Origin: a virus
Taxonomy: Duplodnaviria; Caudoviricetes
Reading direction: 5' to 3' (one strand)
IMG/VR virus record: IMGVR_UViG_3300025120_014399
Location: 1 to 56,920 of that record
DNA length: 56,920 bases
Shown piece after piece: positions 28,246 through 37,792 of this stretch (position 1 is the stretch's first letter; each line of letters starts with the position of its first letter). The notes under the pieces are model-generated. The model was not told the DNA's origin, searched no databases, and saw only the letters and a list, made by a program, of their open reading frames with translations. A program made the position numbers and the translations under genes.

Positions 28246-29048
28246 AAACAATTCTATTTGATATGGACGGTACTCTAACACCGGCAAGGGAAAAGATGAC
28301 GCAATTCATGTGCCGGACTTTAGCTAGTCTTCAGAAAGATGGGTATCGTATTGGCATAGTTAGCGGATCAGATATTGATTACATAATTGAACAATGTGAA
28401 GTATTAACAGATATTAATAGATTTGACCATACAGCAATTGATATCTACCCGTGTAATGGTACAAAGCATTATCGTTACACTACACACAGCAATTTAATAA
28501 ACCTATATAAAAATGATTTTAAAAAAAAGGTTGGTAGCGATTTATTTTCAGAACTAGTTTATAGTTTGTTTAGTCTATTAAGCAGTTTCACTAGCAAAAA
28601 TTATAAATATAATATCCCGCTAACTGGCAACTTTATAGATTATCGTGGATCGATGATTAATTTTTCACCAATCGGTAGGAATGCATCCCAAAAAGATCGA
28701 CTAGACTGGATAAAGCTAGACAAAAAGTATGATATCAGAAAAGAATTATTAAATCAGCTAAGAAGTAAATTTAACAATAAAGATATTGAATTTAAACTTG
28801 GTGGTGAAACAAGTATAGACATATGCCCGACAGGTTGGGATAAAACATATGTTTTGAAAAACTTCAAAGACGAAGAAGAAGTTTGGTTTATAGGTGATAG
28901 GTGCGAAGTAAACGGCAATGATAAGGAACTATATGATGCTGTTAAGCTGAGAATTAAAGGAGAGAGCTTTAAAACGACCGGGCCTAGTAAAACTATAGCT
29001 ATTATTAACAATAGGATTCTTCAGCATCCTAATCAACTTAAGAGGTAA
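28242..29048 (+). CDS. phosphomannomutase, HAD-IIB (eukaryotic PMM type)
   Basis: FDMDGTLTPAR, SGSD, R.SMINFSPIGRNA, GGETSID..P.GWDKTY, GDRC...GND. Confidence 0.88.
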   Translation: MKTILFDMDGTLTPAREKMTQFMCRTLASLQKDGYRIGIVSGSDIDYIIEQCEVLTDINRFDHTAIDIYPCNGTKHYRYTTHSNLINLYKNDFKKKVGSDLFSELVYSLFSLLSSFTSKNYKYNIPLTGNFIDYRGSMINFSPIGRNASQKDRLDWIKLDKKYDIRKELLNQLRSKFNNKDIEFKLGGETSIDICPTGWDKTYVLKNFKDEEEVWFIGDRCEVNGNDKELYDAVKLRIKGESFKTTGPSKTIAIINNRILQHPNQLKR

Positions 29049-29052
29049 CAAA

Positions 29053-29238
29053 ATGGAAAAACAATTACTAGAAAGCTTAGTCCAGCTAAGGACAGAGCTC
29101 ATTAAAGAATTTGAAAAAATTAGAGATTATAAAAATAATAAAAATGCAATCATGAAAGAAGTAGAGCATGCTAGAGTTGTTCATACAACAATAGCTAGAC
29201 TGGATCTAATTTTAAAAGATCATGTTAAGTTTGAATAA
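29053..29238 (+). CDS. small hypothetical protein
   Basis: GAGG RBS; helical. Confidence 0.55.
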   Translation: MEKQLLESLVQLRTELIKEFEKIRDYKNNKNAIMKEVEHARVVHTTIARLDLILKDHVKFE

Positions 29239-29297
29239 TTTTAGGTTCTAAGGAAAATTAGTCTAATATCCCTATATGTATTAATGTGGGGGTTATC

Positions 29298-30863
29298 ATG
29301 ATCAGACTAATTTTATTATGTCTGGTCGCATTTTTAGGCTTGGGTTGTTCTGACAATCTAATATATAAAGTTCAAGAGTCGCGACCAGAAATTGTTGTTT
29401 ATCCTGAAGAAATAGATTTTGGACATCTTACTTCGGGGTTTGAATCAGAAAAGAAAGAAATTATTATAGTTAACACGGGCGATGCAGATTTAGTTCTGAT
29501 ATCGCCCGAATTGTTTGACGGATCGACTCGGTTCGGGATAAACTACGAACAAGACTTGACTATAGAGTCATCAGAAGTATTTGTTATAGAGGTCTTTTAT
29601 ACGCCTGAAACTTACGAGCATAACGGATCTTTCATAAGAATAGAATCAAACGATGAAGATGATCCTGTCATCGACGTTACTGCTGTTGGCATAGGTGATG
29701 CACCTGTCATGACTGTATACCCAGATGACTTTGATTACGGTGATATTAGCATTGGCTGCGACAATGAAGAAAGAATAACAGTAAAAAATGATGGCAATAT
29801 GAATCTCACCATTGATTCAATTGTTCAAATGGTTACACAGCCTGTTGACATACACATGGAATTTGGATCACTTCCTGAGCCTCCATGGGAAATACCTCCC
29901 GGGCAATCATTAGACTTTTTAGTTTCTTATATGCCGAACGACTTAGGCAACGATCAAAGCCAAATAACTATTACGGGAAACGACCCTTATACACCTATTA
30001 TTGAAACATCGCAATACGGCGCGGGAGATGTTGAAAAATGGTTTAGCCAGACACACATTCAAGAAGAAATACCTATTTTAGACGTCTTGTGGGTAGTTGA
30101 TGATAGTGGTTCAATGAATCGATTTCAAACAAATCTATCTAGTAATATTGGCTTATTTGTTAACACATTTATGGCAACAGGTGCTGACTATCATATGTCT
30201 GTTATAACGACGTCAGACTATCATGCTAGTCCGGTTATAACTAGTTCTAGCTCGGATCCGGCTGGTACGCTAGCGTCTGATGTAATGGTTGGAATTACCG
30301 GCAGTGGAATGGAAAAAGGAATTCAAATGGCAGTGAGAGCCCTAGGGTCTTCTAATTCAGCAGGCCATGGGAGTTTATTTTTTAGAGATAGTGCAACACT
30401 AGTTGTTGTTTACGTTTCTGATGAACCTGATCACAGCGATCTAGGCTGGGCTTCTTATATTACGTTTTTTGACTCAATTAAGCCCCCGGGACAGTTTATA
30501 CCATACGGTGTAATTGGAGATTATCCTAGCGGTTGTACAACAAATCCTTTCGGCTCAGCACAATATGGCGCAGGATACTGGGATATGATCGATCATTATG
30601 GCGGAGATTGGTACTCAATTTGTGCATCGGATTGGGGTGTTCAGTTGCAAAATTTAGCAAACGCATTGTCTGCAAAAAGAGCGTATATTTTAGATGAAAA
30701 TGATCCTATTGAAGAAACAATAAGTGTATACGTTAATGGACAATTAACACCAAACTGGGAGTATGACGCGAACACAAATAGTGTAATTTTTCATGAAGAT
30801 TACATACCAGAAGAGGGTCAATCAATAGAAATAGAATACGCAGTATGGGGGTGTTATGAATGA
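29298..30863 (+). CDS. lipoprotein with two Ig-like (choice-of-anchor D / ASH-like) repeats and a vWA domain
   Basis: Signal ending LGLG-C; repeats P..IDFG...I.N.G...L.I; MIDAS DVLWVVDDSGSM; VYVSDEPD. Confidence 0.75.
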   Translation: MIRLILLCLVAFLGLGCSDNLIYKVQESRPEIVVYPEEIDFGHLTSGFESEKKEIIIVNTGDADLVLISPELFDGSTRFGINYEQDLTIESSEVFVIEVFYTPETYEHNGSFIRIESNDEDDPVIDVTAVGIGDAPVMTVYPDDFDYGDISIGCDNEERITVKNDGNMNLTIDSIVQMVTQPVDIHMEFGSLPEPPWEIPPGQSLDFLVSYMPNDLGNDQSQITITGNDPYTPIIETSQYGAGDVEKWFSQTHIQEEIPILDVLWVVDDSGSMNRFQTNLSSNIGLFVNTFMATGADYHMSVITTSDYHASPVITSSSSDPAGTLASDVMVGITGSGMEKGIQMAVRALGSSNSAGHGSLFFRDSATLVVVYVSDEPDHSDLGWASYITFFDSIKPPGQFIPYGVIGDYPSGCTTNPFGSAQYGAGYWDMIDHYGGDWYSICASDWGVQLQNLANALSAKRAYILDENDPIEETISVYVNGQLTPNWEYDANTNSVIFHEDYIPEEGQSIEIEYAVWGCYE

Positions 30864-31360
30864 AAAATTTAATATTTATAATTATTAGTTTTTCACTTGG
30901 ATTTTTGATAGGTTTTTTATCTAAATTTACATACGAACTAAACACTTTTAAACCCTACGACTGGCAAGAACCACCGGTAATAATAAATTGTTATGGAAAG
31001 AAGTTTAGTAAACTACACATAATCAGGGCAATAGAATATTGGACTGTGAGGAATCATAAACTGGGAGGATACATACACAGGCCAAGTTCATATTTATGTG
31101 ATAATGAGTGGCTAGAAGGGTATATTATTCTTCGAGTCGACGAAAAAATGTCTGGCGTAACGCTTGCTAGAACAAAAAGATACACCTCATTAAATAATGT
31201 AGTGGGTGCTGTAATAAGTTTTCAGCCAGACTCTTTCAATCTTTACCTTTTGAATGAGCATGAAATAGGACATGCATTAGGATATTCACACGTCGACGTT
31301 AAAGGTCATGTGATGCACCCAATACATGAATCAATGGGTTTAGATTTTTATATGAAATAG
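30860..31360 (+). CDS. membrane-anchored matrixin-like zinc metalloprotease
   Basis: HEIGHALGYSH plus Met-turn VMHP; N-terminal TM. Confidence 0.82.
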   Translation: MKNLIFIIISFSLGFLIGFLSKFTYELNTFKPYDWQEPPVIINCYGKKFSKLHIIRAIEYWTVRNHKLGGYIHRPSSYLCDNEWLEGYIILRVDEKMSGVTLARTKRYTSLNNVVGAVISFQPDSFNLYLLNEHEIGHALGYSHVDVKGHVMHPIHESMGLDFYMK

Positions 31361-31438
31361 CTTATTTTATAATTTTAAAAATAAAAGTATTCACGAATCA
31401 ATTATTTTTTATATAAGTATAGAGTAAAAGGAAGAATA

Positions 31439-32383
31439 ATGCTGAAACTTTTAAAAGAAAAAATTATAGAATCTGGTGGTTTTGTTAATGCGCATGCTCA
31501 TTTTGATCGATCATACACTTCAGAATCGTTTTCTGATAAAGAAAAGAAACTTCATTTACATGAAAAATGGAAACTAAATGATAGATTTAAAAGTTCAGCT
31601 AGCGTCAAGTGCTATGAAAAGAACATAGAAAGATCTGTACTAAGCCAGATTGATTTTGGTGTTACATCAGCATGTACATTTATAGACATTGATGATATAA
31701 CACAAGCTGCAGCATATACAGCAGCTGCAGCTGTAAAAGAAAAATATAAAAACGTATTTGATTTAAAAATAGCATGCCAGACTATAAAAGGTGTTTTAGA
31801 AGAAAGGCAAAGATATATTTTAGACATGTGGGTACCAGAATTAGATGTTATTGGGTCTTTGCCGGCGGCAGACAATGATATATCTAAACATCTAGATGTT
31901 GTTATGGGATGGTCTAAAAAATACAATAAAAGACTTCATGTGCACGTCGATCAGTTAAATCACCCAGGAGAAAAAGAAACAGAATTACTAGCTAGAAAAA
32001 CAATAGAGTGGGGACTAGAAGGTAGAGTTACAGCAGTGCATGCACTATCACTAGCATGTCATCCAGTATCTTATAGACAAGAAATTTATAAATTATCAAA
32101 AGATGCAGGGTTAAGCTATATAACATGCCCGTCAGCTTGGATCGATCACCCTAGAAGTGAAATTTTAGTACCTTCACATAACGCAATTACACCTGTTGAG
32201 GAACTTCTAGAGCATGATATAGTTGTAGCTATAGGTTCTGACAATATTAATGACATATATAAACCTTACTCGGATGGTGACATGATGTTTGAGTTAAGAC
32301 TTTTACTAGAAGCATGCAAAATATATGATCAATCTTTTTTAGTTAAAATAGCAACAGATAATGGCAAAACAGTTACTTCTTGA
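31439..32383 (+). CDS. metal-dependent amidohydrolase, cytosine deaminase (CodA)-like
   Basis: NAHAHFDR, HVHVDQ, GRVTAVH, GSDNI. Confidence 0.82.
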   Translation: MLKLLKEKIIESGGFVNAHAHFDRSYTSESFSDKEKKLHLHEKWKLNDRFKSSASVKCYEKNIERSVLSQIDFGVTSACTFIDIDDITQAAAYTAAAAVKEKYKNVFDLKIACQTIKGVLEERQRYILDMWVPELDVIGSLPAADNDISKHLDVVMGWSKKYNKRLHVHVDQLNHPGEKETELLARKTIEWGLEGRVTAVHALSLACHPVSYRQEIYKLSKDAGLSYITCPSAWIDHPRSEILVPSHNAITPVEELLEHDIVVAIGSDNINDIYKPYSDGDMMFELRLLLEACKIYDQSFLVKIATDNGKTVTS

Positions 32384-32432
32384 CTAAAATTATTATATTT
32401 ATAAATATTTTGCAAAAAAATATATTTTTTAT

Positions 32433-32460
32433 TGTACATTTAAAAATTGGTGTTTATATT
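32433..32460 (+). promoter_or_regulatory. promoter TGTACA-N16-TATATT upstream of hsp20
   Basis: Variant of the recurrent promoter class. Confidence 0.45.
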
Positions 32461-32466
32461 AAATAA

Positions 32467-32514
32467 GAGGTGCCTTTAAGGATCTCACTTTAATCAACTC
32501 GCTATTTTTAGGAG
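32467..32514 (+). promoter_or_regulatory. ROSE-like RNA thermometer in the hsp20 5' UTR
   Basis: CTC(G)CTA-TTTT-TAGGAG hairpin at 32498-32514 pairs with the SD and has a bulged G; upstream hairpin 32467-32486. Confidence 0.65.
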
Positions 32515-32522
32515 AAAATAAA

Positions 32523-32951
32523 ATGACATTTGACACAATACATTATCCAGTCCCAGCAATTATGGGACGATCTATGTTTAACCAGATCTTCGATCAGTTT
32601 TTTGAGGATCCAAAGAGATCTATTAAAAGATCGACTGAAGGTTATCCAGTAACTGACATCTATACAAATGATAATCATGATCAAATTATTGAAATGGCAC
32701 TCGCCGGATTTAAAAAAGAAGATCTAATTATTGATGTAAAAGACAATACAATTACGATTAGCTGCAACAATTCAAAAGAAGAGAAGCATCAAAGACGTAG
32801 AATAGCTAAGCGGAGCTTTGAAAAGACATTTGTTGATTACTACAATCAACTAGATTTTAAAAAGACTGAAGCTGAATTTATAGATGGTTTACTTTCTGTG
32901 ACAATCCCTAAGATTGAAGAAAAGAAGCCGACAACAATTAACATCAAGTAA
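32523..32951 (+). CDS. small heat shock protein Hsp20 (IbpA-like)
   Basis: GYPVTDI, IEMALAGF, IAKRSFEKTF, AEFIDGLLSVTIPK. Confidence 0.92.
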   Translation: MTFDTIHYPVPAIMGRSMFNQIFDQFFEDPKRSIKRSTEGYPVTDIYTNDNHDQIIEMALAGFKKEDLIIDVKDNTITISCNNSKEEKHQRRRIAKRSFEKTFVDYYNQLDFKKTEAEFIDGLLSVTIPKIEEKKPTTINIK

Positions 32952-32978
32952 ACAAACTTGAGTTGATTAATTTTTACT

Positions 32979-33005
32979 AGAGGTGGAATTTCCACCTCTT
33001 TTTTT
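32979..33005 (+). terminator. intrinsic terminator after hsp20
   Basis: AGAGGTGGA-ATT-TCCACCTCT stem-loop followed by a T-run. Confidence 0.85.
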
Positions 33006-33017
33006 ATATGTATATAC

Positions 33018-33440
33018 ATGAGTGAAATATTTGAAAATGACTTAGTGATTATATTCATATCAAAACAAGATAGAAACACAGATGAATATTGTGACTTTAA
33101 AATATGCAAGGTTTTAGCTGTTGGGAAGGATGATCTGCTCTGCGAAATTTCAAGCATGTATAGTAATAAATTATTTAAAATATCAAAAAAACGATGTGTT
33201 AAAATAGATAGAAAAAAATTTAGTTATAAGGATCATCAAACCCACGCTCCACAAATAGGAGACCTAGTAATGTCAATAAGCGATCCTTACAACAAGGAAA
33301 GAGAAACACATACCGGCCTAGTAGAAAACATAACATATGATCCTACTACACAATTTAATCAAGTATATACTATAAGAACTGGCCAAAAAACAATAACTGC
33401 GTATTTAGAAAACATTATTGTACTTGAAACATCCAGGTGA
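33018..33440 (+). CDS. hypothetical protein, probably two KOW/SH3-like modules
   Basis: FENDLVI... and QIGDLVMS...TGLVENI. Confidence 0.55.
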   Translation: MSEIFENDLVIIFISKQDRNTDEYCDFKICKVLAVGKDDLLCEISSMYSNKLFKISKKRCVKIDRKKFSYKDHQTHAPQIGDLVMSISDPYNKERETHTGLVENITYDPTTQFNQVYTIRTGQKTITAYLENIIVLETSR

Positions 33441-33470
33441 TATATATTATAGTAGAAAAGAGAAGTTATA

Positions 33471-35606
33471 GTGAAAATAAAAAAAAATAAATTAAAAAAA
33501 GTGATATCTAAAAGCCTTAAAGATGATTTAATTTTCGAGGCTTCAGAAGACGCATATGCAAGATTTGTATATAATATGGAAAAATTAGCACTTTTTTCCG
33601 GAAAGTCTGCATCTATGAATCTTTACAAAACAGAAAACCCAGAGCTTTTTAAAAGAATGAAAGCTTTAGGGCAAAAAATAGTTAAAAAAATACAAGGTGA
33701 CTTTCCGGGCACAATCGATCTAGATTCAATAAATGCTATTATTGCTTCTGCTAAAGAAGAAAAAAGAAAAGATCCCGGGATAGATTACGGTGCTAAAGTT
33801 ATTGAATATGCGAATGATTATTGGTTTGACAATATCGGTGCAAGTAGATCTGCTGACAGCAGTCATGGTGGTCATTCTTTACTAGCAGCTGATCCTAAGG
33901 CAAGAGGAGTAGTTGCAAAGTCTCTTGATCGTACACTTAAATACGCATGGAAAGAAGAGGCAAATCAACCTGAGAATCAAAAATTCTGGGATGATTTTGA
34001 AGTATGGCATGCTATTGGTGGTATTGTAGGTGAAAGAGGAACAATTGATCATAAAACGATCTTAGGGTTTTTGGAAGCTTTTAAAACATCCAACCCACAT
34101 GAAATGTCTGCGTATGGTTGGCATGGAATGAATGGCACTAAATCAGATTTAAAAAAAATGAATCTTGGAATTACTCAAATAATAAACAGTGAAAGCGGTT
34201 GGAAAGACAAAGTTCATGTAAAGCTTAATGGAGAAATAACTTTTGCTGCTAATTTTGATATTACGACTCAGTGGTTTAGCTATAAAGAAGACGATGCATC
34301 TGACTTTGAAAAGGCTGGCGATTTAAACAAAATGATACAATACGGCAAGCATGGATCAATGATAACCGGACCAAAAGACAAGCTGTTAAGCGGTATGGAT
34401 AAATACAATGAAATTGTAATTAAAGATTCAAAAGTAGCTGCAATTGCATTTCCTGATGCATTCTTTAAAGAAATAAAAGATATGGGTGAGTTTCGAGTTG
34501 CTGGCATGAGTTTACTTTCTGTAGCAAGATTAATTAAAGAAGGCAACATCGATCAAGCAAATAAAGAAATATTAGAAGCAACCGGGAAAACAGGCCTATA
34601 TAGCGGATCAAATTGGTATGCCAGCGCAGTTCATCAGTTAATTGATGCAATGGCTGCAGGAGACAAATCATTAATAACTGATGAAAACAGAATTGTTAAT
34701 GTTTTAAAGTATATTTCTAAATATCTAGAGTATGATATAGAAATTTATCATGTCCGCGGAAAGAGTAAGAAAGATGTCGTGGTTAACTTTGTTAATTCAA
34801 TGAAAATTTGTATTGATTTCATTGAAAATAACCCAGCTTTAAAATCAAGAAAAGAATTAAACTGGTATGAGTGGTTACGCGAAACGAGAAATCCGGTTAT
34901 GAAAGCAGGTATCGATTCGCTAATCAAATATATCAAAGATGACACAATAAAAAAATTCATAATGAGCAAAGAGGGTGATGATTTTTTCTATGAGCTGTTT
35001 AGCAAACTTAAACTAGGATCGTACTACTTTAACCCAAGAGAAAAACCACAATACAAAAAGCTTATTTTTAATCCGGAGTCTCTTTTAAATCAAAAAGTAC
35101 CTTATAGCTACATGCGAAAGGATGCATCTATGCCTGTTAAGTTATATCAGCTTGCGTCGCTGGGAATAGCAATGAACAAGGCCGCACAAGACGGTATACC
35201 TCCTTTTGTTTCATCTTTTCCGACCGTGTCGGCTAATAAACCCATGACGAGTGGCCAAAAAATAATCATGCCACCTTACTTTGTCAGTGTAAGGTGGAAA
35301 GATTCTCCTAGAGGAGAAGAAAAATCTTATCAAGATAATACTCAACAATCATTCGGCCCGGGATATCGTTCTCATCAAAATAATTATAAAGAAATATTTG
35401 ACATGCTTGATGGTATTGTTAAAAAAGGTGGTGAAGTTATTTATTTTGGTATATACGATAAAAGTAAAAAAAGCTTTATAGAAATTAAAAACAAAAATGA
35501 ATTGCAAAAATTAATGGTACCTACGATCCCTACACGAAACATTGCAGAAACAAAACTAACAAGAAGTCATATTAGAAAACTTTTACGGGAACTTATAAAT
35601 CAATGA
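33471..35606 (+). CDS. large hypothetical protein tagged at both ends
   Basis: MKIKKNKLKKVISKSL...LIFE; C-terminal IAETKLTRSHIRKLLRE. Confidence 0.7.
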   Translation: MKIKKNKLKKVISKSLKDDLIFEASEDAYARFVYNMEKLALFSGKSASMNLYKTENPELFKRMKALGQKIVKKIQGDFPGTIDLDSINAIIASAKEEKRKDPGIDYGAKVIEYANDYWFDNIGASRSADSSHGGHSLLAADPKARGVVAKSLDRTLKYAWKEEANQPENQKFWDDFEVWHAIGGIVGERGTIDHKTILGFLEAFKTSNPHEMSAYGWHGMNGTKSDLKKMNLGITQIINSESGWKDKVHVKLNGEITFAANFDITTQWFSYKEDDASDFEKAGDLNKMIQYGKHGSMITGPKDKLLSGMDKYNEIVIKDSKVAAIAFPDAFFKEIKDMGEFRVAGMSLLSVARLIKEGNIDQANKEILEATGKTGLYSGSNWYASAVHQLIDAMAAGDKSLITDENRIVNVLKYISKYLEYDIEIYHVRGKSKKDVVVNFVNSMKICIDFIENNPALKSRKELNWYEWLRETRNPVMKAGIDSLIKYIKDDTIKKFIMSKEGDDFFYELFSKLKLGSYYFNPREKPQYKKLIFNPESLLNQKVPYSYMRKDASMPVKLYQLASLGIAMNKAAQDGIPPFVSSFPTVSANKPMTSGQKIIMPPYFVSVRWKDSPRGEEKSYQDNTQQSFGPGYRSHQNNYKEIFDMLDGIVKKGGEVIYFGIYDKSKKSFIEIKNKNELQKLMVPTIPTRNIAETKLTRSHIRKLLRELINQ

Positions 35607-36490
35607 ATATTAGTAAGCACAAATTTAGAAAATTAATTTTTGAAAACATAATATTATCAGAAGGTCTACGTTATCATCTAGATAACTCTAAACCTTTAGT
35701 TGAAAACATATATAGACCCGGGTCAGAAAGGTTCTTCTCGTTAATCTGTGAAGCAAGAAAGTGGTATAATTCAGGACACTTATCACTACTATCAGAGGAC
35801 ATAGAAATTATAAATTTAGATACCGGTAATTGGGGCAATTATATGGGCAGAGAAGTTGCACTTGACTTTCCGATATCACAACAAGCAGATGCACTTATTC
35901 AAACATCAGACATGGGATATCATAAATCCAGTAATCTGCTTACAAGAGTTTTTAATAATGAGTTTGGAAATCAAATAGAAGTAGAAGTTAGGGACACAAT
36001 ACCTAGTGATTTTTTAGAAGGTGAAACTTCATATGACGGCGTGTTTATAAGGCTAGTTGGCCCGGATTCAGAATCTGGAAACGTCATGACAAAGAGAGAG
36101 GCACAGACTTTGATGGGTTTGCTTTATGACTATTTTTGTGAAAGAGAATATTGTGAACTTCATGAAGGGAAAAAGAAAAGAAACAAAAAATCTAAAAAGA
36201 AGTCAGGAACACTATACAAGGGCAGAAAAGTCAAGCTTAACAAGCCAAAACGAGGCGGTAAGAAAAAGTTTTATGTCTATGTAAGAAACCCTAAGACAAA
36301 AAAAATAAAAAAAATATCTTTTGGCGCTAAAGGAATGACAACAGGCTTGAGAGATCCTGCAAGAAGAAAATCATTTAAAGCAAGACATAATTGCGAAGAC
36401 AAAAAAGATAAAACAAAACCCGGTTATTGGTCATGCAGAATTGGTAGGCATCCAAAAGTTACGGGTGCTCCTTACACAACTTGGTGGTAA
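35603..36490 (+). CDS. tagged modular protein with conserved basic C-terminal domain
   Basis: MNISKHKFRKLIFE; C-terminal LNKPKRGGKKKFYVYV...SFG...RRKSFKARHNC...YWSC. Confidence 0.7.
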   Translation: MNISKHKFRKLIFENIILSEGLRYHLDNSKPLVENIYRPGSERFFSLICEARKWYNSGHLSLLSEDIEIINLDTGNWGNYMGREVALDFPISQQADALIQTSDMGYHKSSNLLTRVFNNEFGNQIEVEVRDTIPSDFLEGETSYDGVFIRLVGPDSESGNVMTKREAQTLMGLLYDYFCEREYCELHEGKKKRNKKSKKKSGTLYKGRKVKLNKPKRGGKKKFYVYVRNPKTKKIKKISFGAKGMTTGLRDPARRKSFKARHNCEDKKDKTKPGYWSCRIGRHPKVTGAPYTTWW

Positions 36491-36492
36491 AT

Positions 36493-37275
36493 ATGAAAAT
36501 AAATAGAAAACAATTAAGAAAGATTATAATCGAAGCAATGTACGATCCAATGCATGGTATTAAAAGTTTAGATGGACCTTATAGAGACAAAATTATGAGT
36601 GTGCTCGACAATCCAGATACATCACCTGAAGATCGCACACAGTTTCATCAGCTTGCTGATACAGTTACAGATTATAAAGATCCGCGTCCTGGCATGCCGG
36701 ATGATTCTATGGCAGGTGTCGATGCCCAGAAGGAACAATACTTGAAGGACGCAGGAAAATATATTGCACCGCACCTACCGGGATTTCTTAATCTTCCTCA
36801 AGCTATAATTGATGCAGTAGTAGAATTTGTTTTCTTATCAAGTAACCCAACTTTACATATACAAATTGATGTCGATGGCCTCGAAGAAGACATAGGCGAA
36901 AACATGTTTTACAGAGCGTCCAACTATCCGGATCGTAATTTACCAGAAAACGCAGATGCAGTGAAAATCGTAGATTCCTATCGAAACAATCCTGAAAGTC
37001 ATGATGCTAAATATTACGAGATTTACGCACCCACTGGTACTTATAAAGGCGTTGATCCGTTTTCAAAGATAGACCCGTACTTTGATCCAAATTCTCAATA
37101 TGCTGCGCATAGGACGGGCGACGGTCAAACTGGTTTTCATGAGGGTTTTAGAGAAGAATACCATAAAGTCACCACAAAACCAGCACATAAGATAGACAGC
37201 TATACAGTTGAGCGCGCTTTTATAGAAATGATGAGAGACTTAAGACCGGATCATAGAGAAACAGTAATTAACTAA
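36493..37275 (+). CDS. tagged hypothetical protein
   Basis: ATG 36493: MKINRKQLRKIIIE. Confidence 0.65.
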   Translation: MKINRKQLRKIIIEAMYDPMHGIKSLDGPYRDKIMSVLDNPDTSPEDRTQFHQLADTVTDYKDPRPGMPDDSMAGVDAQKEQYLKDAGKYIAPHLPGFLNLPQAIIDAVVEFVFLSSNPTLHIQIDVDGLEEDIGENMFYRASNYPDRNLPENADAVKIVDSYRNNPESHDAKYYEIYAPTGTYKGVDPFSKIDPYFDPNSQYAAHRTGDGQTGFHEGFREEYHKVTTKPAHKIDSYTVERAFIEMMRDLRPDHRETVIN

Positions 37276-37303
37276 AAGGTCATGTTTGCATAAGGTATAA
37301 AAT

Positions 37304-37792
37304 ATGAAAATAACAAGAAAGCAATTAAGAAAGTTACTTTTAAAAGAATTTGACATGTCTGGCATGTCTGGTAGCATCATCGATGATCTTCACGCAGGCG
37401 CCGGCGGACAGCCGCCGGCAAAGCCGCCAGTACATAGAGGCGGCGGCGGCGGAAGAAGACCTAAGAAAGGCCCATGTGAATCAGGTATGCCGCAATTTGA
37501 AACTTCATATGATTTAGTTTTTGAAACTTTCGCTGTATGGGTACAGAACAATGAAAATTTTGGAGGCCCAACCGGAACAGAAAATTTTGAAAATTATTTT
37601 AATCATTTAGTATCTTTAGATATCACCGACGAAGAAGAGGGCATTTCTGACGTCATAAAAGGTATGATGGATGTCTATGCTACCTATTATTGCGCTACTC
37701 GCTCGAGCGATTATCCACCATCAATTGAAACCATCTACAATAATCCTGTCGCTGCAATTAATCACTACTGGAATTCTAGCAATGATGAATAA
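37304..37792 (+). CDS. tagged hypothetical protein
   Basis: MKITRKQLRKLLLKE; G/P-rich linker. Confidence 0.65.
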   Translation: MKITRKQLRKLLLKEFDMSGMSGSIIDDLHAGAGGQPPAKPPVHRGGGGGRRPKKGPCESGMPQFETSYDLVFETFAVWVQNNENFGGPTGTENFENYFNHLVSLDITDEEEGISDVIKGMMDVYATYYCATRSSDYPPSIETIYNNPVAAINHYWNSSNDE

